NCBI GenBank assembly: GCA_041742355.1
Contig: JBGSIV010000221.1
Location: 1 to 16,955, forward strand
DNA length: 16,955 bases
Direction: 5' to 3'
Source of the DNA: Candidatus Zixiibacteriota bacterium
GTDB lineage: Bacteria; Zixibacteria; MSB-5A5; GN15; FEB-12
Shown: piece by piece, positions 1-7,597 of the stretch
Numbering within the stretch: the first letter of the stretch is position 1
Layout: every line of letters starts with the position of its first letter
The notes under the pieces: generated by a model
The model's input: the letters and a program-made list of their open reading frames with translations, nothing else
The model's database searches: none
What the model was told of the DNA's origin: nothing
Position numbers and translations under genes: made by a program

Positions 1-848
1 ACCTCTGGGTTGAAGGCTTCTTCGAGGTCTTCGCCACCGTTGTCATCGCCTTCCTCTTCACCCGGATGGGCCTCCTGCGCACGCTGACCGCAACCGCCGC
101 CGTCCTCTTCTCGACCACTATCTTCCTCTCCGGCGGTATCCTTGGCACGTTCCACCACCTCTACTTTACCGGCACCACTACCGGTGTACTCGCCCTCGGG
201 GCGACTTTCAGCGCGCTCGAGGTCGTGCCGCTGGTATTAATTGGCTTTGAGGCGTATGAAAATCTCACCCTCTCCCGGGCCAAACCGTGGCTGCAGGCCT
301 ACAAGTGGCCAATCTATTCGTTTATTGCCGTCGCCTTCTGGAACCTCGTCGGCGCCGGCCTCTTCGGCTTCTTCATCAACCCGCCGATCGCCCTGTACTA
401 CATGCAGGGGCTCAACACGACACCCGTCCACGGCCACACCGCCCTCTTCGGCGTCTACGGCATGCTCGGCATCGGCCTGACCCTCTTCTGCCTCAAGGGC
501 CTCGCCACCCATCGGATGTGGAAAACGAAATCGCTGGCGATCGGCTTCTGGTGCATCAACATCGGGCTGGCCCTTATGGTCCTCCTGTCCGACCTCCCGC
601 GCGGCCTCATGCAAACCTGGGCCTCGGTCGAAACCGGCATGTGGTGGGCGCGTTCGGCCGAATTCATGCAAACCGGCGTCATGGACACCTTCCGCTGGCT
701 GCGCGTCGTCGGCGACACCATCTTCGCCTTCGGCATCTTCTGCCTCGCCTACTTCGTCTTCGGCCTCAAATTCGGCTGGAGTGTGTCCGAACAAATCGAC
801 ACGCGCGTCACCGGTCAGACACCGCGCGCGGAACAGCTTTCAAGGTAA
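1..848 (+). CDS. norB: Quinol-dependent nitric oxide reductase (qNOR, NorB/NorZ), C-terminal part; 5' end lies outside the window
   Basis: Frame is open from position 3 and reads LWVEGFFEVFAT (the HLWVEGFFE motif), then GTFHHLYF, SALEVVPL and YYMQGLNTTPVHGHTALFGVYG, which hold the heme b/b3 and FeB ligands of NORs. Multiple TM helices; stop TAA at 846-848. Confidence 0.95.
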   Translation, partial: LWVEGFFEVFATVVIAFLFTRMGLLRTLTATAAVLFSTTIFLSGGILGTFHHLYFTGTTTGVLALGATFSALEVVPLVLIGFEAYENLTLSRAKPWLQAYKWPIYSFIAVAFWNLVGAGLFGFFINPPIALYYMQGLNTTPVHGHTALFGVYGMLGIGLTLFCLKGLATHRMWKTKSLAIGFWCINIGLALMVLLSDLPRGLMQTWASVETGMWWARSAEFMQTGVMDTFRWLRVVGDTIFAFGIFCLAYFVFGLKFGWSVSEQIDTRVTGQTPRAEQLSR

Positions 849-1044
849 CCAGTCGATGGCAACCCGGCGTACCGATCTTCACGCTCACTCCCCGGCAGGG
901 CGCTCCATACCGGCGCCCTGCCCAGCCGGTCCACCATCGAATGGAGTATGGAGAATTGTCATGAAAACCCTTATCGCGCTGGCCATCCTGCTGCAAAGCC
1001 CTGTCGCCGGCGCCGCCAACCTAAACGCCAAAAAGGAAATCGTC

Positions 1045-1752
1045 ATGGATACAACCTACCTCAACAAAACAGTCGCCGAAATCGTCCTCGAACAGCCCGG
1101 CCGCTTCCGCGTCCTGGAAGAGTTCGGCATCGACTACTGCTGCGGCGGCCAGCGCCCCCTGCGCTCCGCGCTCGATGCCAAGGGGATCGAACCCCAGACA
1201 CTGCTGGAACGTCTCGCGGCCGCCGATGCCGCCCGGGAGGAGGTCGACACGACCGACTACCTCGCCTTCACCCTGACCGAGCTGGCCGGCCACATCGTCG
1301 ACACCCACCACGTCTACCTCAGGACCGAACTGCCGCGCATTAACGGCCTCGTCGAGAAGGTCGCCAAAGCGCACGGCGACACACCCAAAGCCGATGATCT
1401 GCAGAAACTGGCCGGCCCTGTGCAGGCGCTCACCGCCGAACTCCAGGCGCACCTGATGAAGGAAGAGCAGATTCTCTTCCCCAACATCGAACGCCTCGAA
1501 TCCGGTCAACCGGCGATGGGCCTCGACGGCCCCATCGGCGTCATGATGCGCGAACACGATTCCGCCGGTGATGCGCTCACCGCCATCCGCACCCTCACCG
1601 ACGACTACACGCTGCCGGAGTGGGGCTGCAACACCTACCGCGCGATGCTCGACGCCCTGCAGGAGCTGGAGCAGGATCTGCACCAGCACATCCACAAGGA
1701 GAACAACATCCTCTTCCCTCGGGCACAGGCGCTCGCCGCGCGCACCGAGTAA
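1045..1752 (+). CDS. ric: Iron-sulfur cluster repair di-iron protein (RIC/YtfE/ScdA)
   Basis: N-terminal GIDYCCGG motif (ScdA_N) and hemerythrin-like motifs HHVYLR, HLMKEEQILFP, MMREHD, HIHKENNILFP. ATG 1045 has SD AAGGA at 1033-1037. An alternative in-frame start lies at 961 (see findings). Located directly after qNOR. Confidence 0.93.
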   Translation: MDTTYLNKTVAEIVLEQPGRFRVLEEFGIDYCCGGQRPLRSALDAKGIEPQTLLERLAAADAAREEVDTTDYLAFTLTELAGHIVDTHHVYLRTELPRINGLVEKVAKAHGDTPKADDLQKLAGPVQALTAELQAHLMKEEQILFPNIERLESGQPAMGLDGPIGVMMREHDSAGDALTAIRTLTDDYTLPEWGCNTYRAMLDALQELEQDLHQHIHKENNILFPRAQALAARTE

Positions 1753-1764
1753 TTCCCGATGATC

Positions 1765-1798
1765 GAACGCCGCGACGGATCTTCCCGTCGCGGCGTTC
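1765..1798 (+). terminator. GC-rich stem-loop after ric (probable terminator or stabiliser)
   Basis: GAACGCCGCGACGG (1765-1778) / CCGTCGCGGCGTTC (1785-1798) is a perfect 14-bp inverted repeat 12 nt after the stop. No clear U-tract. Confidence 0.55.
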
Positions 1799-1932
1799 AT
1801 CGCATCGCGCGCACCCGGTTCTTCGATCTTGCGCAAAAAACGAGTTTCTCATCTTTCTCCTCTACAAAAACTAATCGTCCCTCCGTACCTCCTGTGCAAA
1901 CAATCCGGAGAAACTTATCAGAGGGAACTCAC

Positions 1933-2106
1933 ATGCCAAAGAGGAAGGAACCCCCGGCTTACGCCCGGATGGGCAGTAAGGATCACTGGCATCCGTACAA
2001 CCTGCAGGCGCTCGCACCCTCGAAATTCATCTGTGTCGTCGGCAAAATTCTCAACGGTCAGTACCGCGTGCTGACCAGCCGCCTTGAAAAAGGCGCCCCC
2101 GTCTGA
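1933..2106 (+). CDS. Small hypothetical protein, 57 aa (MPKRKEPPAY...RLEKGAPV)
   Basis: SD-like GAGGGA at 1921-1926 before ATG 1933; C-ending codons like neighbouring + genes; AT-rich upstream region; followed immediately by a 16-bp hairpin. No family recognised. Confidence 0.6.
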   Translation: MPKRKEPPAYARMGSKDHWHPYNLQALAPSKFICVVGKILNGQYRVLTSRLEKGAPV

Positions 2107-2111
2107 CGCGG

Positions 2112-2149
2112 AAGCCGCAGGTTCAGGCTCACCCCTGAACCTGCGGCTT
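2112..2149 (+). terminator. Stem-loop after the small ORF
   Basis: AAGCCGCAGGTTCAGG (2112-2127) / CCTGAACCTGCGGCTT (2134-2149) is a perfect 16-bp inverted repeat with a 6-nt loop. Confidence 0.6.
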
Positions 2150-2252
2150 GCCCTTTCGGACTTCCGCCTCGTAAGGCACAATCGACTCCCCCTCGTATGA
2201 TCACCGACAACCCCCCTACCCTTGCCATGGCCAAAGCCGGCCCGGAGAACCT

Positions 2253-2699
2253 GTGAAGCCCTCGGAAACGACTATCGGCATCGCATCCGACCACGCCGGA
2301 TTCCGCACCAAAGGCATCGTCCGGACCCACCTCGAAGCCCAGGGCTACACCGTGCGCGACTTCGGCTCCGATTCCGAAGAACCGGTCGACTACCCCGACT
2401 ACATCCGGGCGGCCGCACGGGCCGTCGCCGATCGCACAGTCACCTGCGGCATTGTCTTCGGTGGCAGCGGCAACGGCGAGGCGATCGCCGCCAACAAGAT
2501 CCGCGGCATCCGCTGCGCCGTCTGCTGGAGTATCGAGTCGGCCCGCCTCGCGAAAGAACACAACGACGCCAACGTGATCGCGATCGGCCAGCGGCTCGTC
2601 GCCGAGGATGTCGCCATCGCTATCGTCGACACCTGGCTCGCCGCCGAGTTCCAGGGGGGACGGCACGAACGCCGCATCAGAAAAATCGAACCCGACTGA
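2253..2699 (+). CDS. rpiB: Ribose-5-phosphate isomerase B (RpiB/LacA/LacB family)
   Basis: Motifs IASDHAG, DYPD, GGSGNGEAIAANKIRGIRCA, AKEHNDANV and FQGGRHERRI. GTG start with GGAG upstream. Confidence 0.95.
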   Translation: MKPSETTIGIASDHAGFRTKGIVRTHLEAQGYTVRDFGSDSEEPVDYPDYIRAAARAVADRTVTCGIVFGGSGNGEAIAANKIRGIRCAVCWSIESARLAKEHNDANVIAIGQRLVAEDVAIAIVDTWLAAEFQGGRHERRIRKIEPD

Positions 2700-2804
2700 T
2701 CACCCGTATGTCCAACCGCCCACGACACCAAAATGCTTGATCGTGCGGACAGACTACGGTATTGTCCGGAAAACGACATCACCTCAACCGAAATCGAACC
2801 CGCC

Positions 2805-3473
2805 ATGACGAAAGACCGCTCCGCTCCCCTCTCCCAGTACCGCGAGTATCCCCTCGACGAGATGAAGCAGCGCGCCGCCGAATTCTACGCCGATTTGAAG
2901 CGCCGGCGGACGGTGCGGGAGTACACCGATCGTCCCGTTCCACGTGAAATCATCGAGCACTGCCTCCTCGCCGCCGGAACCGCGCCCAGCGGCGCCAACA
3001 TGCAACCGTGGCACTTCGTCGCTATCAGCGATCCCGACCTCAAACACCGCATTCGGGTGGCGGCCGAAGAAGTCGAATCGGAATTCTACCACCGCCGGGC
3101 CCCGCAGTACTGGCTCGATGCCCTTGCGCCGCTCGGCACCGACGAAAACAAGGCCTACCTCGATATCGCCCCCTGGCTCATCGCCGTCTTCGCCCAACGC
3201 CACACCGTTGATCCCGACGGTTCCATTCGGAAGCACTACTACATCGCCGAGTCAGTCGGCATCGCCGTCGGCCTGCTCATTGGCGCCATCCACCACGCCG
3301 GCCTTGCTTGTCTCACACACACGCCGAATCCAATGGCCTTTCTGCGGGAGTTGCTGGACCGCCCGAAACACGAGACGCCCTACCTGCTTCTTGCTGTCGG
3401 ATACCCGCACCCGGAGGCCCGTGTGCCGCTCATTAGTAAGAAACCCCTCGGCGAGATCGCGACATTTCGCTGA
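2805..3473 (+). CDS. Nitroreductase-superfamily FMN protein, iodotyrosine deiodinase (IYD)-like
   Basis: [69 protein letters not shown] and LTHTPNPM follow the IYD/halotyrosine dehalogenase subgroup pattern. Start uncertain (ATG 2805 chosen; the ORF is open from 2733). Confidence 0.85.
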   Translation: MTKDRSAPLSQYREYPLDEMKQRAAEFYADLKRRRTVREYTDRPVPREIIEHCLLAAGTAPSGANMQPWHFVAISDPDLKHRIRVAAEEVESEFYHRRAPQYWLDALAPLGTDENKAYLDIAPWLIAVFAQRHTVDPDGSIRKHYYIAESVGIAVGLLIGAIHHAGLACLTHTPNPMAFLRELLDRPKHETPYLLLAVGYPHPEARVPLISKKPLGEIATFR

Positions 3474-3579
3474 CAAAACCTCGGCACTTTGTCTCGCGCC
3501 TGCTGTTATATACAAAGCCAGCCGCGCTCACACCCCCGCCTGACACTTCTTTCGCCGCTGTAATGGAAGGAGGTACCGA

Positions 3580-3753
3580 ATGCTCCGGTGGGCCCTCATT
3601 TTTCTGATCGTTGCCATTGTGGCCGCCATCTTCGGCTTCGGCGGCATCGTGTCCGCCGCCGTCTCCATCGCCAAAATCCTCTTCTTCATCTTCATCGTCG
3701 TCTTCCTGGTGCTGCTCATCGCCGGGCTCATCGTGGGACGGAAGGTAACCTGA
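3580..3753 (+). CDS. DUF1328 / UPF0391 (YtjA-like) small membrane protein, 57 aa; not in the ORF track
   Basis: Translates to [57 protein letters not shown]. Strong SD AAGGAGG just upstream; matches the MLxWAlxFlvvAxxAxxFGFxGIA..AKILF pattern. Confidence 0.92.
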   Translation: MLRWALIFLIVAIVAAIFGFGGIVSAAVSIAKILFFIFIVVFLVLLIAGLIVGRKVT

Positions 3754-3842
3754 CTTCCTGTCCCCCGGCCTGCCGCCAGGAACCTCAGCCGCACAGGCGT
3801 CGCTGAAACGAGTGGACCAAATCTACCCAAGGAGGTTCGCAC

Positions 3843-4034
3843 ATGGATGTACTCTGGTGGGCACTGATATTTTTCGTGGTCGCCATTATCGCAGGAGCCT
3901 TCGGCTTCCGGGGCGTCGCGTCGGCATCAGCCGGAATAGCCAAGGTGATGTTCTTCATCTTTGTCGTGCTGTTCGTCGTCTTCCTGCTCATGGGGCTGCT
4001 TGGCTCGGCCGCGCCATCGGCCGCCCTGCCCTGA
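3843..4034 (+). CDS. DUF1328 / UPF0391 small membrane protein, second paralog, 63 aa
   Basis: [40 protein letters not shown]...; SD AAGGAGG at 3829-3835. Confidence 0.9.
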   Translation: MDVLWWALIFFVVAIIAGAFGFRGVASASAGIAKVMFFIFVVLFVVFLLMGLLGSAAPSAALP

Positions 4035-4056
4035 CCACAAGCCCAACGGCCAAATG

Positions 4057-4087
4057 AAAACGGCGGGATATGACTCCCGCCGTTTTT
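4057..4087. terminator. Bidirectional intrinsic terminator between convergent genes
   Basis: AAAACGGCGGGA-TATGAC-TCCCGCCGTTTTT: a 12-bp stem with an A-tract on the left and a T-tract on the right, between the DUF1328 gene (+) and the zinc-ribbon gene (-). Confidence 0.85.
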
Positions 4088-4136
4088 CATGCTATCGGCC
4101 GCCCGCAACCCTTCAGGCTCTCGGGCCATTGTCGCC

Positions 4137-4472
4137 TCACTCGACCCTTGCCCCCGTCCCCAATCCCGCACCGCACCGAGGACAGGCAATCAGTTCTTTG
4201 CGCGCCCGGCGTCCGCACCGGGGACAGACCTGCTTGTCCGCACGCGCCAAATCCAGCAACAGCCACGCCACCAGCGGTGTCACTGCGTACGCCACCCCCA
4301 GCTTCACCGGCACCATCCGGCTCGACAGCGCAAACAGCGTGATTCCCCCCCACACGGCAAACGACAACCACGCCGCCTTCGCCTGCGACATCACCTTGCC
4401 GAACCACGCGTTGGTCGTCCGCGTCAGCAGGTAGGTGACCACCAGCGCTCCGACAAACAGCAGAAAAGCCAT
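4137..4472 (-). CDS. Small membrane protein with a C-terminal zinc ribbon (about 111 aa)
   Basis: Three hydrophobic segments followed by CPRCGRRARKELIACPRCG (two CxxC). Ends just before the bidirectional terminator. Start uncertain (ATG at 4472; the ORF is open to 4562). Confidence 0.7.
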   Translation of the reverse strand: MAFLLFVGALVVTYLLTRTTNAWFGKVMSQAKAAWLSFAVWGGITLFALSSRMVPVKLGVAYAVTPLVAWLLLDLARADKQVCPRCGRRARKELIACPRCGAGLGTGARVE

Positions 4473-4602
4473 TGCATCAACCGCCCGTTGTGAGTTCAGG
4501 GCCGCTTCGCGACCCCACAAGTCGTACCTTTTACCGGCAATCTCCGGCGAAATCCGCCGCAATCCAAGGAAGAAATCGGTTGCCCCGCTCCCCCGCGCCC
4601 CT

Positions 4603-4620
4603 TATGTAACAACTTACATA
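4603..4620. promoter_or_regulatory. Palindromic putative operator TATGTAA-CAAC-TTACATA
   Basis: Perfect 7-4-7 AT-rich inverted repeat in a divergent intergenic region. It overlaps a possible -10 (TATGTA, 4603-4608) that lies 17 nt after TTGCCC (4580-4585). Confidence 0.55.
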
Positions 4621-4675
4621 TGCCGTCGTATAGAGCTGTACGAAAGACCAATCTCGACTATATCAGGAGGATACC

Positions 4676-6160
4676 ATGAACCGCCTCTTCCAGTTGACTT
4701 TCGCCATACTGGCCCTTGCCGCGGTCGCCGCGGCCGCCCCGGCGCCGACAGTAGCGCTACCCGACACTCACGCCGGCAGGAGCCTCGCCGGCTTTGTCGA
4801 CGCCCTCAATTCCGGCGACTCAACCCGCTGGATCGCTTTCCTCGCCCAGAACCCACCGGTCGCCCCGAACGACAGCGTGACCGTGCAGGGCCGACGGTTG
4901 GGCATGATGCAGATGCTCTTCACCGACCTGGGCGGATTCGACCCAATCAAAATCGAAGCCTCCTCGGACTACCAGATCAGCGTCGTGATGCAAGGACGCA
5001 AACCTTCGGCCGATTTCGAATTCGCCCTCATCGGCTACACCCTGACCGACACCGAACCGCATGTCTGGGCACGGATGAGCGTGCAGCCGACCGATGACCC
5101 GTTTGTCGTGCTCCCGGCGCTTCCGGTCAGCAACGAACGCCTCGCCGCCTGGACCGACAGCGTGGTCACCGTGATGGCCGCCGAGGACGAATTCTCTGGC
5201 ACAGTTTTGATTGCCAAAGATGGTGTGCCGCTCTACACCAAGGCGGTCGGGGAGGCGGTCAAAGGTTACAGCGTCCCGGTCAAACTCGACACCAAGTTCA
5301 ACCTCGGATCGATGAACAAGATGTTCACCGGCGTCGCGATCGCCCAGCTCGCCCAGCAGGGGAAGCTGGCGTTCACCGACCCGATCGCGAAGTTCCTCCC
5401 CGAGTTCCCCGACCAGGCGGTCGCACAGAAAGTCACGATCCACCACCTGCTGACCCACACCTCCGGCCTCGGCGACTACTGGGAAGAGCTCTTCGACACT
5501 TCCTTCTGGGAGATCAAGACGGTCGCCGGGTACTACGCTCTCGCCGCCGATAATCCGCTCGAATTTGAACCGGGCGCGCAGTTCCGCTACAGCAATTTTG
5601 GACCGATTGTCCTCGGCATGATCATTGAGCGCATCACCGGCCAGTCCTACTACGATTATGTCCGCGAGAACATCTATAAGCCGGCCGGAATGAAGAACAC
5701 CGACTGCTTCGAAGTTGACCGCCCCACCCCGAACCTCGCAATCGGCTACACCCACTCCGACTACCAGGGGCGGCCCGATACCGGCTGGCATACGAACTAC
5801 TTCATGCACGCCGTGAAGGGTGGTCCCGCCGGCGGCGGCTACTCGACCGTCGAGGATCTCCTTGCGTTCGACAAGGCCCTGCGCAGCCACCGCCTGCTCA
5901 ACAAGGCCTACACCGACACCCTTCTCGCCGGCAAAGCCGACATGGGTCCCAATATCAGGTATGCCTACCTTTTCGGCGATGAAACGCGCAACGGCCATCG
6001 CCTTGTCGGCCATTCTGGTGGCGCCCCCGGTATCAACGCCGTCCTGGACATGTACTGGGATGATGGCTACTCAGTCATCGTAATGTCCAACTACGATGAG
6101 GCCGCTAACCGTCTTGCCAATCAGGTCCGCCGCGTCCTAACGCAACCCCCGCAGGGGTGA
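4676..6160 (+). CDS. Secreted serine hydrolase, beta-lactamase class C / D-Ala-D-Ala peptidase-like family
   Basis: Signal peptide MNRLFQLTFAILALAAVAAA; catalytic SxxK (GSMNK, 5309-5320), LLTHTSGL, YxN (YSN) and HSGG motifs; SD AGGAGG; N-terminal extension of about 150 aa. Confidence 0.92.
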   Translation: MNRLFQLTFAILALAAVAAAAPAPTVALPDTHAGRSLAGFVDALNSGDSTRWIAFLAQNPPVAPNDSVTVQGRRLGMMQMLFTDLGGFDPIKIEASSDYQISVVMQGRKPSADFEFALIGYTLTDTEPHVWARMSVQPTDDPFVVLPALPVSNERLAAWTDSVVTVMAAEDEFSGTVLIAKDGVPLYTKAVGEAVKGYSVPVKLDTKFNLGSMNKMFTGVAIAQLAQQGKLAFTDPIAKFLPEFPDQAVAQKVTIHHLLTHTSGLGDYWEELFDTSFWEIKTVAGYYALAADNPLEFEPGAQFRYSNFGPIVLGMIIERITGQSYYDYVRENIYKPAGMKNTDCFEVDRPTPNLAIGYTHSDYQGRPDTGWHTNYFMHAVKGGPAGGGYSTVEDLLAFDKALRSHRLLNKAYTDTLLAGKADMGPNIRYAYLFGDETRNGHRLVGHSGGAPGINAVLDMYWDDGYSVIVMSNYDEAANRLANQVRRVLTQPPQG

Positions 6161-6189
6161 GGGGTCAACAGCACCTCTGCCAGAGTCTT

Positions 6190-6217
6190 GTAGGGCGGGA
6201 GTCCCCAGACTCCCGCC
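6190..6217 (+). repeat. GTAG-type REP palindrome (family A), probably doubling as terminator of the serine hydrolase gene
   Basis: GTAG-GGCGGGAGTC-CCCA-GACTCCCGCC followed by TCTTTT; near-identical copies at 6488 and 9468-9496. Confidence 0.85.
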
Positions 6218-6462
6218 TCTTTTATGTCCGGCCTTCGCCTGCCCTTACACTCTGTCTCTTTCATTACGGGGGGTCTGGACAATCTCCATCAATTCGCCGT
6301 CGAATTTGGACAATAACCACGTACGTATGGCGGTCCGGGGAGGACTGCTGAAAGACGATGAGCGGGATGGGGTTAGCGATGGGTACCGGGCGTGACAAGA
6401 GCTCGTTCGGGGCCGAATGTACGGTCATGAGATTGGCGTCAAAGGTCGGGAAACGCACCGCA

Positions 6463-6516
6463 GCTGTGGGATCTCTGAATATGGGTTGTAGGGCGGGAGT
6501 CCCTCCGACTCCCGCC
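6463..6516 (+). repeat. Composite repeat: partial family-B hairpin + 15 nt + family-A GTAG REP
   Basis: GCTGTGGGAT (6463-6472), a 15-nt spacer, then GTAGGGCGGGAGTCCCTCCGACTCCCGCC (6488-6516). A further truncated GTAGGGCGG lies at 6532. Confidence 0.8.
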
Positions 6517-6591
6517 TGTGACAAAAGTCCTGTAGGGCGGATCGCCCACAACGGGGAGCGGTATTCTTCCTTCCCCCCTCCCGGGCGACTG

Positions 6592-7506
6592 CTACTGCTC
6601 TTCCGAAGGCGCCGTCCACGACGGGACGAGGCGCTTGTCGGAACCATCGGACTTCATGATCCATATCTCACCCCCTCCCACAGTTGGTTTGCTGTAGACC
6701 ATTGCTCGTCCGTCGGGAGACCACGAAGGGTACCTCCCCCCATCCAAAGTCAGTTGCGTCAGCTCCCCTCCGTCCCGCTCCATGAGCCAAATATTGCCTT
6801 CGATTGAAAGCGCAATCCGCCCGTTAGCAAGTCCATAATCCAGGTCGCTGTAGAAATGATATGGCTTACCGACTTCCCAAGTGAGGATCACTCGTCTTCC
6901 GGTGTCTATTGGATTCACGGCCACTATGTGTGCGGAATCAGTACTCCCTGGCACCCATTCGTGAATAAGGACGCTGTCGCCCTCCATGAACGTACAAGAG
7001 CCGGAGTTACTGACAAGATACCGCTGGTTGTCGCCAAAAATCGTCATCGCCCACAGCCCCTCGGAATCACCTGACGAAGCCACAAATGCGATCAGCGTAT
7101 CGGACTGTGACCAGTCGCAGAACCACTGCCGCTCACTGAACGTCAACTGCGTGAGACTGTCCCCATTGGCTGTAATCTTGTAGATCTGGGCATTGTAGGA
7201 GAAGATCAGCCACTTCCCACTCGGCGAGAACGCCGGGGGTCCAAATGTCCCGGCCCAACCCGCCAAAGCGATAACCGTATCCAGCGACCAGTCCAGCGTG
7301 TCCAGCAGGTAGATTCCGCGCCGGTGCACATCCGGCATGCCGTTCCAGACCAGCGCAATGACATTCCCGTGCGTCGACCAGACGGCGGTCGTCGCTCCCG
7401 TGGTCTTCGGCGGCTCCGGGATCGGCACCAAGGGCTTGTCGCCGTCACAGCCCGCCCAAAGGACCACCACCGCCACAATGACACCAAACCAGGTGATTAC
7501 CCGCAT
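6592..7506 (-). CDS. Lipoprotein with TolB/PD40-like beta-propeller repeats
   Basis: MRVITWFGVIVAVVVLWAGC is a lipobox-like signal; repeats PAFSPSGKWLIFS, DSLTQLT, ELTQLT, PSWSPDGRAMVYS and IWIMKSDGSDKR; SD GGGAG upstream of the ATG at 7506. Confidence 0.85.
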   Translation of the reverse strand: MRVITWFGVIVAVVVLWAGCDGDKPLVPIPEPPKTTGATTAVWSTHGNVIALVWNGMPDVHRRGIYLLDTLDWSLDTVIALAGWAGTFGPPAFSPSGKWLIFSYNAQIYKITANGDSLTQLTFSERQWFCDWSQSDTLIAFVASSGDSEGLWAMTIFGDNQRYLVSNSGSCTFMEGDSVLIHEWVPGSTDSAHIVAVNPIDTGRRVILTWEVGKPYHFYSDLDYGLANGRIALSIEGNIWLMERDGGELTQLTLDGGRYPSWSPDGRAMVYSKPTVGGGEIWIMKSDGSDKRLVPSWTAPSEEQ

Positions 7507-7597
7507 ACACAACTCCCGTAGTTCTCTTCCTAAGAAGACGCGTGGCCACGGCAATTATCAAGCAGAAAATCGACCAATGCACCGATGACATGAGTAC

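Noticed and set aside
1..848. Possible NO dismutase (Nod) rather than qNOR
   Set aside because: The catalytic-site Glu residues and the HH FeB ligands visible here are canonical; the substitutions reported for putative Nod enzymes are not seen.
781..960. N-terminal 60 codons of the 323-aa ORF in the track
   Set aside because: They overlap the qNOR end and are low-complexity without an SD; the plausible starts are 961 or 1045.
2683..2802. 12-bp direct repeat AAATCGAACCCG at the end of rpiB and before the IYD-like start
   Set aside because: Only two short copies with no TIRs or other element features between them; could be chance.
4820..6013. 397-aa minus-strand ORF
   Set aside because: Antisense shadow of the serine hydrolase gene, expected with high-GC codon bias.
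6264..6807. ORFs 6264-6647 (-) and 6358-6807 (+)
   Set aside because: They run through REP palindromes, overlap the TolB-like gene and show no recognisable motifs.
6592..7506. Horizontal acquisition inferred from the different codon usage of this gene alone
   Set aside because: The other minus-strand gene shows the same G/T-ending preference, so strand skew can explain much of it; not claimed without computation.
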